Positions 1-10,421 of a stretch of 64,000 nt of DNA are shown piece by piece (positions within the stretch are counted from its first letter, which is position 1; every line of letters starts with the position of its first letter). This DNA is from Spirochaetia bacterium (lineage in GTDB: Bacteria > Spirochaetota > Spirochaetia > DSM-2461): positions 320,001 through 384,000 of the forward strand of contig CAXXIA010000002.1 in assembly GCA_963666985.2 (NCBI GenBank). The letters run 5' to 3'. Position numbers and translations under genes: made by a program. A model generated the notes under the pieces. The model searched no databases and was not told the DNA's origin. It was given only the letters and a program-made list of their open reading frames with translations.

Positions 1-170
1 TCCTGAACGTCGGACGCCCGAGGCGCCGTTGACTTCTCATTATGATCTTAATACTCGCCCAGAGTGGGATTTCGAAGCAAGTCCGAAAAGTAATTTCTTG
101 TTGAACCTTCGCGGGGGCGTGTACAAGGCGGAGAACACTCGGTATGGTGACGAAAGGGGAGATATCACAG

Positions 171-1139
171 ATGAAAATACTTATTATCGGCGGAGCCGGG
201 TATATCGGAAGCCATGTTGCTCACGCGTTCGCGGACAGGGGTGATACGGTTGCGATTCTGGATAACTTTTCATCCGGAAGCCATGTCAATTTTCCTCAAG
301 ACGCCGAAGTCTTCGAAGGCGACATCATGGATCGATCCTTCCTTAAAAAAGCATTGCACATCGGATGGGACGGAATTGTGCATCTTGCCGCGTTCAAGGC
401 GGTCGGTGAATCCATGCTCAATCCGGGTAAATACGCGGAGAACAACATCAGCGGAACCATTAATATCCTGAACGCCGCCGTCGAGGCCGGTTCCCCTCCC
501 TTGGTATTCTCATCTTCCGCGGCGGTATTCGGAGAACCCGTACGGATTCCGGTCGACGAAGACCATCCGAAAAATCCGGAAAATTTTTACGGCTTCACCA
601 AGCTGGAAATTGAGAATTTTCTCGACTGGTACGATCGTCTTAAAGGGCTGAAATCGGCCTCCCTTCGTTATTTCAACGCTTCCGGCTACGACCAAAAGGG
701 ACGCGTGAGTGAACCGGAACGCGATCCGCAGAACCTTCTGCCCATCATCATGGAAGCCGCCGCGGGAATCCGTGACGGACTGACCATCTTCGGGGATGAT
801 TATGATACTCCCGACGGCACATGCATCCGGGACTATGTCCACGCAACGGATCTCGCCGACGCCCATGTCCTCGCGATGGATTATCTGATTCGGGAAAAAA
901 CCAGCCTGAAAATCAACCTGGGGAGTGAAACGGGCATCAGCGTCGCCCAGATGGTCGAGGAAGCCGTCAGAATCACCGGTGTTGATTTCTCCCGGAAAAT
1001 CGGCCCGCGCCGCCCGGGAGACCCTGCAAAACTCATTGCCTCCTCGTCGCGGGCGAAAGAGCTTTTGGGATGGAAAGCCGCCAGAAGTGACGCGAAAACG
1101 CTGATTTCCAGTACATGGGAACTCTACAAACCCCGGTAA
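171..1139 (+). CDS. galE: UDP-glucose 4-epimerase
   Basis: GGAGYIGSH Rossmann motif, YGFTK catalytic YxxxK, RYFNASG, DGTCIRDYVH; ATG at 171 chosen (MKILIIGG). Confidence 0.95.
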   Translation: MKILIIGGAGYIGSHVAHAFADRGDTVAILDNFSSGSHVNFPQDAEVFEGDIMDRSFLKKALHIGWDGIVHLAAFKAVGESMLNPGKYAENNISGTINILNAAVEAGSPPLVFSSSAAVFGEPVRIPVDEDHPKNPENFYGFTKLEIENFLDWYDRLKGLKSASLRYFNASGYDQKGRVSEPERDPQNLLPIIMEAAAGIRDGLTIFGDDYDTPDGTCIRDYVHATDLADAHVLAMDYLIREKTSLKINLGSETGISVAQMVEEAVRITGVDFSRKIGPRRPGDPAKLIASSSRAKELLGWKAARSDAKTLISSTWELYKPR

Positions 1140-1167
1140 TACGGATAAAGCTTATATATTAGTCATC

Positions 1168-1196
1168 TTGTCATATTAACCGTCCGGCATTACAAT
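1168..1196 (+). promoter_or_regulatory. sigma70-type promoter for cysK-metY
   Basis: TTGTCA-N17-TACAAT; GGAGG RBS precedes ATG 1226. Confidence 0.6.
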
Positions 1197-1225
1197 CGGA
1201 GTCAATAAAAATCCGGAGGATTCTT

Positions 1226-2155
1226 ATGATTGTAAAAAACATAACCGAACTCATCGGCAAAACCCCCCTGGTTAAGCTGAATACAATGCCGTCAGATGGC
1301 AAAGCGGCGATTTACATAAAACTTGAATCCGCTAATCCCATGGGAAGCGTTAAGGACAGACTGGGTTTGGCCCTTATCGGCGATGCCGAAAAAAAAGGAC
1401 TGCTCGGACCGGAATCGCTTATTGTCGAATCCACCAGCGGGAACACGGGCATCGCCCTGGCCTTCATCTGCGCCCAAAGAGGATACAAACTCGCCATCAC
1501 GATGCCCGAATCCATGAGTATTGAACGCCGGCGGATTCTTACGGCACTGGGAGCGGAACTCCACCTCACTCCGGCGGACAAAGGAATGAAAGGAGCCCTT
1601 GCCAAGGCCGAAGAGATTGTGGGGAAGACTCCCGGTGCATTAAGCCTGAAGCAATTCGACAACCCGGCCAACCCCGCTTTTCACGAAGCCACGACGGGTC
1701 CCGAAATCTGGAAGGATTTGAACGGGAATGTGGATGCGTTCATAGCCGGAGTCGGAACAGGCGGAACCTTCACGGGTGTTTCCCGCTTTCTGAAGGAAAA
1801 GAACGACCGCATAAAGACTTTCGCCGTGGAACCCGAATCGTCGGCCGTTCTTTCGGGCCGCCGGGCGGGGGCCCACAAAATCCAGGGAATAGGAGCGGGC
1901 TTTATCCCCGGTGTACTGCAAAGAGATCTTATCGACGAGGTGATGACGATAACCGAAGAAGAAGCCGGAGAAACCGCGCGGCGGGTTGCCCGCAGCGAAG
2001 GAATTTTCCTCGGTATATCAAGCGGAGCGAACATAGCCGCGGCTTTAAAACTGGCCGAACGAAATGATTTCGCCGGAAAAAACATCGTAACAATCGGCTG
2101 CGATACAGGCGAACGGTATTTAAGCACCTGGCTTTTCCAAAAGGAGGAGAATTAA
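1226..2155 (+). CDS. cysK: cysteine synthase A
   Basis: [12 protein letters not shown] lysine, TSGNTG, GVGTGGT, HKIQGIG, GERYLST. Confidence 0.95.
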   Translation: MIVKNITELIGKTPLVKLNTMPSDGKAAIYIKLESANPMGSVKDRLGLALIGDAEKKGLLGPESLIVESTSGNTGIALAFICAQRGYKLAITMPESMSIERRRILTALGAELHLTPADKGMKGALAKAEEIVGKTPGALSLKQFDNPANPAFHEATTGPEIWKDLNGNVDAFIAGVGTGGTFTGVSRFLKEKNDRIKTFAVEPESSAVLSGRRAGAHKIQGIGAGFIPGVLQRDLIDEVMTITEEEAGETARRVARSEGIFLGISSGANIAAALKLAERNDFAGKNIVTIGCDTGERYLSTWLFQKEEN

Positions 2156-3435
2156 TGGGATTCTCTACCGAAGCCATACATGCGGGGTGGAGTTCGCGGA
2201 ACACGGAAAGAGCGGTTCCCCTCCATAGAACGACGGCTTATAATTTCACCGATACCGACCATGCGGCGAATCTGTTCGCCCTTAAAGAGCCGGGGCATAT
2301 GTACACCCGGATAAGCAATCCGACGCAGGACATCCTGGAAAAACGGCTGGCGATTTTGGAAGGCGGAACAGGGGCGCTGACTCTTTCTTCCGGCACGGCC
2401 GCCGTTTTCAACAGCATCATCAACGTCGCGGGAGCCGGTGACGAGATTCTTTCCTCTTCCGAACTCTACGGCGGCACCCATACCATGTTTAAAGATATTC
2501 TGCCCCAATTCGGCATCACGGTTAAGTTCGTGAATCCTCACGATTCCACGGCTTGGAAGAAGGCTTCCAATTCTCAAACAAGGGCCTTTTACTGCGAAAC
2601 CATCGGGAATCCTTCTCTCCGTGTTCCGGATTTCGAGTCTCTGAAGAAAGCGGCCGAAGAGATTCATGTTCCTCTGATTGTCGACTCAACCTTCACCACG
2701 CCCTATCTGCTGAATCCCATCGAGCACGGAGCGGATGTTGTTATTCATTCTCTCACAAAATGGATCTGCGGTCATGGAACCGCCGTCGGCGGAGCGGTTA
2801 TAGACGCAGGGAGATTCGACTGGACCGATCCGAAATTCGCAACCTTCAACAAACCGGACACAAGCTACCACGGTCTTCGTTATGCCCATGACCTGGGGAA
2901 TCTCTCCTCGGCGGCGTTCACCGTCAGAATGCGTCTTGTACAGTTAAGAAACCTCGGCGCATGCTTAAGTCCGGACAACATCTGGATGTTCCTGCAAGGT
3001 CTTGAAACTCTGGCGCTGAGAATGGAAAGGCATTCGGTCAATGCCGTGAAAACCGTACAATTTCTGGCGAATCATCCGGCGGTTTCCTGGGTCCGCTATC
3101 CCGGATTGGAAACGGGAAACGAAAATTATGCCACGGCCGCCAAGTACCTGAAAAAAGGCTTCGGAGGGATGGTGGTTTTCGGTATCAAAGGCGGACGAGA
3201 AGCAGGTGCCCGATTCATCGAAAACTTAAAACTCTTCAGTCATGTCGCAAATGTCGGAGACGCAAAGAGTTTGGCCATACACCCGGCCTCCACGACGCAT
3301 TCTCAGCTTAGCGAAGAAGATTTGAAGTCAACCGGTGTAGGCACCGATTTAATCCGGCTGTCCGTCGGGATTGAGGATCTTGACGACATTATCCGCGATT
3401 TGGACTCCGCTCTGAAGAAAACCGCCGGGAACTAA
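2155..3435 (+). CDS. metY: O-acetylhomoserine aminocarboxypropyltransferase (sulfhydrylase)
   Basis: YTRISNPT, HSLTKWICGHG, ANVGDAKSLAIHPASTTHSQL; 1-nt overlap with cysK. Confidence 0.9.
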   Translation: MGFSTEAIHAGWSSRNTERAVPLHRTTAYNFTDTDHAANLFALKEPGHMYTRISNPTQDILEKRLAILEGGTGALTLSSGTAAVFNSIINVAGAGDEILSSSELYGGTHTMFKDILPQFGITVKFVNPHDSTAWKKASNSQTRAFYCETIGNPSLRVPDFESLKKAAEEIHVPLIVDSTFTTPYLLNPIEHGADVVIHSLTKWICGHGTAVGGAVIDAGRFDWTDPKFATFNKPDTSYHGLRYAHDLGNLSSAAFTVRMRLVQLRNLGACLSPDNIWMFLQGLETLALRMERHSVNAVKTVQFLANHPAVSWVRYPGLETGNENYATAAKYLKKGFGGMVVFGIKGGREAGARFIENLKLFSHVANVGDAKSLAIHPASTTHSQLSEEDLKSTGVGTDLIRLSVGIEDLDDIIRDLDSALKKTAGN

Positions 3436-3569
3436 AGCGGCCGCAGAGTCAGAAAATCTGCAAACCGACGGCCGCAGGCCGTAATCGGCAAGAACCCGCC
3501 ACAGCTCGGATTCCTTCATTTCCAATTATTCATTTGCCGTCGTTCATGACTTCTCACTATACTGATACC

Positions 3570-4739
3570 ATGATTTCAAATTGCCGATCGATCATCGATT
3601 CCTTGGATGATTACGTTATCCATTTGGAGGATATCCGCGAAACGGTACTGTCAACAATGGTGATGGTAAACGAAATCCCGGCACCGACGTTCAAGGAGTC
3701 GGCCCGTGCGAAATTTCTTGTCGACCGATTCAGTGAATTGGAAATGCTCCATGCCTCGGTGGACGAAATGAGCAACGTTATGGGGATTATTCCCGGAAAG
3801 AAGGGCAAGCGGGACATTCTTGTGGCTGCCCACCTCGACTCCTTATTCGACTCAACCGTCGATCATACGGTAACCCTTGAACCGTCGATGGCAATCGGAC
3901 CGGGAGTAAGCGACAACAGTCTCGGCGTGGCGGTTCTCGGGACGCTGCCGCTTATTCTTGAACGCATCGACATGGAATTGGACGCAAACCTCGTTCTTCT
4001 GGGAACATCACGAAGTCTCGGGAGCGGAGATTTGGAAGGACTGCGTTTCGTGCTGGAGCATTACAAAAAACCTTTCACCGCCGCGGTGTGTCTGGAAGGG
4101 ATTAAAATCGGCCGGCTGAGCTTTTCTTCCATCGGGATGCTTCGGGGTGAGCTCACATACAGAATCCCGGAACAATACGACTGGTCGAAGTTCAATTCGG
4201 TGGGCGCCATCGTCGACATGAACGACATGATCAACAGAATCCTGGAAATACCGTTGCCGAGAAAACCGAATACCACCATCGTCCTGGGGCAAATGGAAGC
4301 CGGAACCTCGTATAACACGATGCCGATAAAGGCGACACTGCGTTTTGAAATCCGCAGCGAATCCGATGAAATCGTGGAAGACCTCGCAAAAAAAATTACT
4401 TTTCTCGCCGAAGAAATGACATCGAAAACAGGCGCCTTGGTAAAATTCAAAGAAATCGCGCGAAGGAAATCCGGCGGCACCGACTTTTCTCATCCGCTGA
4501 ACACGGTAAGCCGGGAGATTTTAAAAAAACTTGACATTACACCAAGAATCACACCCAGCACGTCCGAGCTTTCCGCCCTTATCAGCAAAGGGATTCCGGC
4601 AATAACCATCGGTTTGACCAACGGTGAGAATGCCGGAGAGCTGGACGAATCCGTGGAAATCAAACCGATCAGTAAGGGATTGGCGCAATTAGTCGCTCTT
4701 CTCAAAGCCATCGACTTGGGGTGTACGGATGAGTCCTGA
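3570..4739 (+). CDS. M20/M25/M40-family metallohydrolase homologue with degenerate active site
   Basis: AAHLDSLF and GPGVSDNSLG present; EE motif and C-terminal His not evident; ATG 3570 preferred over TTG 3534. Confidence 0.75.
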   Translation: MISNCRSIIDSLDDYVIHLEDIRETVLSTMVMVNEIPAPTFKESARAKFLVDRFSELEMLHASVDEMSNVMGIIPGKKGKRDILVAAHLDSLFDSTVDHTVTLEPSMAIGPGVSDNSLGVAVLGTLPLILERIDMELDANLVLLGTSRSLGSGDLEGLRFVLEHYKKPFTAAVCLEGIKIGRLSFSSIGMLRGELTYRIPEQYDWSKFNSVGAIVDMNDMINRILEIPLPRKPNTTIVLGQMEAGTSYNTMPIKATLRFEIRSESDEIVEDLAKKITFLAEEMTSKTGALVKFKEIARRKSGGTDFSHPLNTVSREILKKLDITPRITPSTSELSALISKGIPAITIGLTNGENAGELDESVEIKPISKGLAQLVALLKAIDLGCTDES

Positions 4740-5730
4740 TACATGGATTAATAAAAACACCTATCATCATTCGGCTTTCGCCGATCTCAAAGAACTGGTG
4801 GAAGAAAAAGAAAAAACGGGACTGACCATATCCCTGTGCATCCCCACCCTCAACGAAGAGAGAACAATCGGCAAGGAAGTGGTGATCTTCCGATCCGAAC
4901 TGATGCACCGCTATCCCCTCCTGGATGAAATCGCGGTTATCGATTCCGGCAGTAAGGACCGAACGCTTGAAGTCTCCTCAAGTTTCGGAGCCGACACCTA
5001 CCTTTCGGCGGATATCCTGCCCGAGGAAGGATTCAGGAAAGGCAAAGGTGAAAACCTCTGGAAAGCCATCTACCAACTCAAGGGCGACATCATCGTCTAT
5101 ATCGATGCCGATATTAAAAACATCCATCCGCGATTCGTTTATGGACTGGTCGGACCGCTTATCAAGCGTTCGGAGGTGAGTTACGTCAAGGCTTTCTACG
5201 ACAGGCCGCTGGCATTCTCCGACAGTGTTCGCCCCTCCGGCGGAGGCCGCGTAACCGAGATTCTTACCCGCCCTCTTTTCAGCCTCTTCTTCCCGGAACT
5301 CACGGCGATTATTCAGCCTTTATCGGGTGAATACGCCGTAAGACGGGATGTGCTTGAATCCATTCCCTTTCCGGTGGGATACGGTGTGGAGACCAGCCAC
5401 ATCCTGGATGTATACAGAACACACGGGATGAAGGCCTTCGCCCAAACGGATCTGGACCAGCGGGTTCATCGCAATCAGGAAACCCGGGCACTGGGAAAGA
5501 TGTCTTTCGGCATACTTCAGACCTTCCTCACAAGACTGATATCCTACGGCACCATTGAAAACAAGCAGGAATTCCAAACGGTCCTCCGGCAGTTTCAGGT
5601 TCGAAACAATGTTTATGAAACCTTGGAATATGATATTCCCGAATACGAAAGGCCCCCGATGAACACCATCGATGCTTACCGTAAATCACGCGGAATGCCG
5701 CCGCTGCAGAAAAACTCGTTAGAGCCGTAA
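4729..5730 (+). CDS. gpgS: glucosyl-3-phosphoglycerate synthase
   Basis: IPTLNEE, DSGSKD, GKGENLW, YIDAD, GGGRVTE, QPLSGEYA, YGVE motifs. Confidence 0.88.
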   Translation: MSPDTWINKNTYHHSAFADLKELVEEKEKTGLTISLCIPTLNEERTIGKEVVIFRSELMHRYPLLDEIAVIDSGSKDRTLEVSSSFGADTYLSADILPEEGFRKGKGENLWKAIYQLKGDIIVYIDADIKNIHPRFVYGLVGPLIKRSEVSYVKAFYDRPLAFSDSVRPSGGGRVTEILTRPLFSLFFPELTAIIQPLSGEYAVRRDVLESIPFPVGYGVETSHILDVYRTHGMKAFAQTDLDQRVHRNQETRALGKMSFGILQTFLTRLISYGTIENKQEFQTVLRQFQVRNNVYETLEYDIPEYERPPMNTIDAYRKSRGMPPLQKNSLEP

Positions 5731-5767
5731 GATTCCGCCGGCCGGTCGGCGATTGTTCTCCGTTTCT

Positions 5768-6337
5768 TCAGCGGCCCACTAAGTATTTGCGAGGAACGAT
5801 GCCGACTCCCTGCCGAAGGATTCGAAAGGGATGGGAAGTCACATCAACAACCGTAGAGGGGCCTCGTCCCGTATACAAGCCCGAATCTTCTATCAGATCC
5901 ACTTCATCCCCGAATTCGGCTTCAATGGACGCAGGATCGTTCAGCGGATCGTGCCCGGCGCGGTTCACACTGGTCGAATAGAGCGGCGCGCCCACATCTT
6001 TCACCAGATTCCTCAGCCTATCGTCCTCGGGAACTCTGCAGGCGACCGTTCCGCCCGTCTTCCCGGAAAAAACGAATGTGAACGGACCGGGCCACAGCTT
6101 CAGAATATCGTCTTTCGGCCGAATCAGGCCCAGAGCGTCAAGGTCATCCGCCTCGGAAATCAGCTGAAGAAAAGGCTTCGTCTCTTCCCGGCCTTTTATT
6201 TCCCTGATGGCCTCTTCGGTATCGGGCACTCGTCCGACAAAACCGTAGATCGTATCGCAGGCCATTACGGCGACTCCGCCTCTTTTCAAAACATCAAGAA
6301 GCTTCGCGTAACTATCTTTTTCCCGGGGCAGCCGCAT
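5768..6337 (-). CDS. tsaC: L-threonylcarbamoyladenylate synthase (Sua5/YrdC/YciO family)
   Basis: DTIYG, IKGR, LWPGPFT, STSVN, STVVD, ILRQG. Confidence 0.85.
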   Translation of the reverse strand: MRLPREKDSYAKLLDVLKRGGVAVMACDTIYGFVGRVPDTEEAIREIKGREETKPFLQLISEADDLDALGLIRPKDDILKLWPGPFTFVFSGKTGGTVACRVPEDDRLRNLVKDVGAPLYSTSVNRAGHDPLNDPASIEAEFGDEVDLIEDSGLYTGRGPSTVVDVTSHPFRILRQGVGIVPRKYLVGR

Positions 6338-6758
6338 GTTCCATCCTTCCTAAAATCAACGTAACAAACAGCGCTACAAGACCGACCGAGGCGGCCAGTA
6401 TACGCAGGATTCCCTCGCCGCCCACGGGAGCGGGCACCATGCGAAGTACGCGTCCGGCTTGGGGAAGCTTCCGTTGTGTTTCCAGATTCCGAAACATAAC
6501 AACCGCATCGTCTTCACGATAAAGTCCCAGCGACCGTGCTTCGACAATGATGGCCTCAGGATCGCTCCTGAGCGCACCCAGTCTTGCCGAAAGTTCCATT
6601 CCATGTCTTTCAAGGTCCGCCATATTAACCTCAAGATGTCCGTTCCGATCTTCAAGTTTCTTCAAAGCGACCACGCCGGTCTCGCCGAAAAAAAGGGCGA
6701 GCAGCGAAAAAGTCAAAAAAGTCGCGTACAATGCCGTTAAAATCGCAGATTGTTTCAT
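6312..6758 (-). CDS. septum formation initiator (FtsB/DivIC family)
   Basis: N-terminal TM ending FGETG, coiled coil, L..DPEAI...AR.LG motif; extra C-terminal TM. Confidence 0.7.
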   Translation of the reverse strand: MKQSAILTALYATFLTFSLLALFFGETGVVALKKLEDRNGHLEVNMADLERHGMELSARLGALRSDPEAIIVEARSLGLYREDDAVVMFRNLETQRKLPQAGRVLRMVPAPVGGEGILRILAASVGLVALFVTLILGRMEHAAAPGKR

Positions 6759-6945
6759 ATTTCGATTGACGGCTTTATTCGACCTGTCCTTTACAGAGAA
6801 TTCATGCCTTATTATGATAAGTTATAAAGGGAACAGGCGGCGATTAACGGGTTGCGATAGATGACCGGCAATGAAATAATTCAACCCGATAGCTGTAATT
6901 GACGATACTCGTAAGGTACAAAATCGCCTCTCGGGAGCATGGACG

Positions 6946-9453
6946 ATGGCCGTGGATAAAAGACAACGTGAAGAGCAGGAACTGGAACGCTACGGAGTAT
7001 GGGTGAAGGCCGGTCCCGACGACATAGACATCCATGAAGGCGGAAGCCTTGATCTCATGGATATTGAAGACTCAGGAAACGATCAGCTGCTCATCACCGA
7101 AGAAGAAGAAAAACTTCTTGGAGAATTGGAAGAATCCTCACTCCCGGATTTCAGTGATTTCGATAACGACTTCGACAATCCTTTCGAAGATACTTTCGAT
7201 GACACTTTCGATAATTCCTCCGAAGAAGACGATTTCGATATGCCCGATTTTCCCCAGGATACCGAACGAACCTTTGAACGGAACAGCGAATCAACGGAGA
7301 TTCTCCATAAAATCGAAGATGAATTGAATGCTCTTCGCACGGAAATAAGACAGCTTAAAGATGAATTGACGGGTCTGAGAGCGCCGGCCCTTCCTTCCGG
7401 CGAAGCGGAAACGGCCGAGCATAGAGGTTTTTTCGATGAAGAAGGCGATGAAACAATCGCCCTCACCGGAGATGAACTGGACAACATTCTTGATTCGGCG
7501 GAAATGACCGAAGGTACGGCCGAGGAGATTTCGGAACACGAAGAACCGGTTTTCGAGGCCGGAGAGATCGGCGAAGACATCTCCATCGAAGAAGACGAAG
7601 AAACAATCGATTTTTCAATCGATGCGATAAATGGCGATATCGACGACATCGGCGGCATCGATGATTACGAAACCCCGGAAATAGCGGATATCGAAGAAGA
7701 GACCGATCCGGCCCTCTCCATCCTCGGAAGTCCCGAAACATTCGAAGATGAAAGCGATCCGGAAACCATCGAAATCGATATCCCCGGGCTGGATGAAATC
7801 ATCGATCTGGAAGATACGGAAACCGAAGAAGCGGAAACGGAGTCCGAAGAAGAAGACATAGTCAGCATCGACGATATCTCGGAAGATTTTGAAGAGGTTA
7901 CCGACTTTGAAGATTTCGGTCTCGACGGTTCTTCCGAGCCGGTGGACATTCCTCTCATGGATTCTTCGGAAGAAATGATTTTGCAGGAATCTTCCGACGA
8001 GATTCACTTATCCGAAAGCCTGGTCGAAGACACCTTCGATGAAGGTGAAGAAGTGGAGATTGACCTGGACGACGATGAAGATCTCATTCTCACCGAAGAG
8101 AATGAAGATTTCGATGTTGAAATGGAAGAGATTTCACTCGACGACTTCGGTATCGAAGAAGAAACCATGGAAGAATCTTCAGACGCCGGCGGTGCCGCCG
8201 ACGCGGCCGTGTCGGGCGCCGGCGCGGCGGCCGAACGCGGAGCCACGCTCATCGACGAGGATTCGGATATACTGGCCGTCCAAGATGAAGAGGACTATGA
8301 AGAAATAAACCTCTCGGTTTCCGATGAAGCGGATATCGAAGATGAAGCCCTCGAAGAAATCGAATTTGAATCAATGCTCGCCGAAGGCATCGAAGAAGAA
8401 ACCGTTTCCTTAACCGAAGACATCGAAGAAATTGACCTGGACGATGAAGTCGACTTGGTTATTGAAGATATCGATATGAACGATGTCCCCTCGGACAAAG
8501 GCGCCTCCGATACGGATTCGGAATTGGAAGACCTTGAAGATCTTGATTTGGAGCTGGAGAGTTTCGATGAGATTGAAGAGATGGACCTGGAGCTTGACAG
8601 TTCCGATGAGCTTGAAGAGATAAGCCTGGGATCTGAAACTTCCGATGAGCTTGAAGAGATAGACCTGGGATCTGAAAGTCCCGATGAACTTGAAGACATC
8701 ACCCCGAAAGCGGTGAGCTCCGATAACCTTGATGATATTGAAATAGAAGAAATTGAGCTCGATGAATCCGTAAACCTTGAAGAAGAATCCATTGATGAAA
8801 TCGATCTGGAAGAAATCGAATCTTTTGATACCGCGATGGACGCGGAAGAGATTCCGGAAATCGAACTCGATGAGGCCATTGACGAGATAGAAACCATCGA
8901 AGAATTCTCATTGGAGGAATCGGACTCCCTTACCGGCAATCTTGAAGAACTCGAAATCGATTTGGAAGACGATACGGAGGTAACGGTCGCCGTTCCCAAT
9001 GATGATTTTAATGAACTTCCGGGAACGGAAGATGTCGATCTCGATTCCCTCGAAGCCCTTGCCGCCGCCCCCGACCTTACGGAAGAAGTCGGCGAAACGA
9101 TTGTTGAGATTCCTGAGATCGACCTGGAACCTCTTTCCGAAGACGAAGACCTTGAGGATCTTGAAGACCTCGGCGAAGATATTCTCGACGAAACGCTTTC
9201 CGAAGAAATATCGCTTGAAACGGAATCGGATTTATCTGAAATTGCCGATGTTAATGAAACAATGGCAATGGGGAGAGAAGCCATCGAGCTGGCCGACTTG
9301 CCGGACGACCTGAAGGACCAAATCAAAGACGTATTGAAATATATGGATCAGCTTCTGGAATCGCTTCCTGACGACAAAATCCAGGAATTTGCCAGAAGCG
9401 AACATTTTGAAGTGTACAAGAAAATCTTTGAGGAGCTGGGGATAGCCGACTGA
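6946..9453 (+). CDS. very acidic, largely low-complexity protein with short ordered termini
   Basis: 835 aa D/E-rich ORF; ordered-looking ends ELERYGVWVKAGP and YMDQLLESLPDDKIQEFARSEHF. Confidence 0.85.
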   Translation: MAVDKRQREEQELERYGVWVKAGPDDIDIHEGGSLDLMDIEDSGNDQLLITEEEEKLLGELEESSLPDFSDFDNDFDNPFEDTFDDTFDNSSEEDDFDMPDFPQDTERTFERNSESTEILHKIEDELNALRTEIRQLKDELTGLRAPALPSGEAETAEHRGFFDEEGDETIALTGDELDNILDSAEMTEGTAEEISEHEEPVFEAGEIGEDISIEEDEETIDFSIDAINGDIDDIGGIDDYETPEIADIEEETDPALSILGSPETFEDESDPETIEIDIPGLDEIIDLEDTETEEAETESEEEDIVSIDDISEDFEEVTDFEDFGLDGSSEPVDIPLMDSSEEMILQESSDEIHLSESLVEDTFDEGEEVEIDLDDDEDLILTEENEDFDVEMEEISLDDFGIEEETMEESSDAGGAADAAVSGAGAAAERGATLIDEDSDILAVQDEEDYEEINLSVSDEADIEDEALEEIEFESMLAEGIEEETVSLTEDIEEIDLDDEVDLVIEDIDMNDVPSDKGASDTDSELEDLEDLDLELESFDEIEEMDLELDSSDELEEISLGSETSDELEEIDLGSESPDELEDITPKAVSSDNLDDIEIEEIELDESVNLEEESIDEIDLEEIESFDTAMDAEEIPEIELDEAIDEIETIEEFSLEESDSLTGNLEELEIDLEDDTEVTVAVPNDDFNELPGTEDVDLDSLEALAAAPDLTEEVGETIVEIPEIDLEPLSEDEDLEDLEDLGEDILDETLSEEISLETESDLSEIADVNETMAMGREAIELADLPDDLKDQIKDVLKYMDQLLESLPDDKIQEFARSEHFEVYKKIFEELGIAD
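8601..8697 (+). repeat. in-frame 39-bp tandem repeat (~2.5 copies)
   Basis: ttccgatgagcttgaagagata..cctgggatctgaaa. at 8601 and 8640, partial at 8679. Confidence 0.85.
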
Positions 9454-10382
9454 TGGGCCTGCTTGACCGCGCCCGAACTTTTGAAAAAGATTCTTCGAGT
9501 TCAACAGCCTTAAGAACCGAACTCGTTGAGAAGGCTTTGTCGGTAATCGAGGATTCCACGGGGCATATCGATTATCCCGGAGAAGTTTTCGAAGCCTTTC
9601 GTTCGGTTATCGGTTTTTCAAAAGGAACCTTTCTTCTTCCCGACACCGATTCGGAGGAATTCTATCCGTGGGTAAGCGTGGGATTCGACAGAACCACGAC
9701 TCGACGCTTAAGATTTTCATTCGACATGGTTGCTTCGGAATCCCGCGAAGTCGTTATGAAAATCGAGACCGAATCGCTCGCATCGGTGCTCTCAAACCGC
9801 GAATTCGGCCTGATGGAAGAACCGCTCTTAATCAGATTGGGAAAAAACGCCCTCCCTTCGGCACTGATTTTAACCACGGACGGTCCGAACGGAGGCTCGG
9901 CGGATTCGTCCCTGATTGAGATTCTCACGCTCCTCAACGAGCGGCTCGGGGATAAAATTCCCGGGAGCCGTTCGCTGATGGAATCGATGGGGAAACAGGA
10001 AGCTTCAAGTGTTTCCGAATGGCTCGAAAGATGGGGAGATGAGGAAGCCGTTCTGGTCGTCCTCGATGCATCCAACGCCATTGATGCTATAATGGACGCT
10101 ATTGACGGTCTGGAACTTTACAGGGCCAGAAAAGACGCCATAGGAATCATCAGACGCATCATCGGAAGAATGGGCAGGCTCTATGACACAAAAGACGGCA
10201 GGATACTCGTTCTCTCTCCTCCCGAACGTCTTTCCGACGGAGATCTATGGCTTCACCAGCTTTCTTTGGCGTTTTCTTCCGCCTTTGGAAGACTTTCCGA
10301 ACCGCCGGTATTCGAAGCGGCTTTTTTCTCCTGGCCCGCCGAAAAAGGGGCCGTTGAAGAGGCCCTGGCGGGCTTGCTGTAG
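9453..10382 (+). CDS. hypothetical protein (possible GAF-like N-terminal half)
   Basis: 309 aa ORF overlapping the upstream stop (TGATG); fold guess is weak. Confidence 0.7.
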   Translation: MGLLDRARTFEKDSSSSTALRTELVEKALSVIEDSTGHIDYPGEVFEAFRSVIGFSKGTFLLPDTDSEEFYPWVSVGFDRTTTRRLRFSFDMVASESREVVMKIETESLASVLSNREFGLMEEPLLIRLGKNALPSALILTTDGPNGGSADSSLIEILTLLNERLGDKIPGSRSLMESMGKQEASSVSEWLERWGDEEAVLVVLDASNAIDAIMDAIDGLELYRARKDAIGIIRRIIGRMGRLYDTKDGRILVLSPPERLSDGDLWLHQLSLAFSSAFGRLSEPPVFEAAFFSWPAEKGAVEEALAGLL

Positions 10383-10421
10383 CCGATACCCGATGGGCGG
10401 GATTGAACGGCGGAGCCGCCC

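Noticed and set aside
1140..1225. SAM riboswitch or T-box upstream of cysK-metY
   Set aside because: The predicted leader is only ~25 nt and lacks the conserved motifs
8295..9326. Ser-rich 343-aa minus-strand ORF
   Set aside because: Mirror of GAA/GAT-rich codons in the acidic protein
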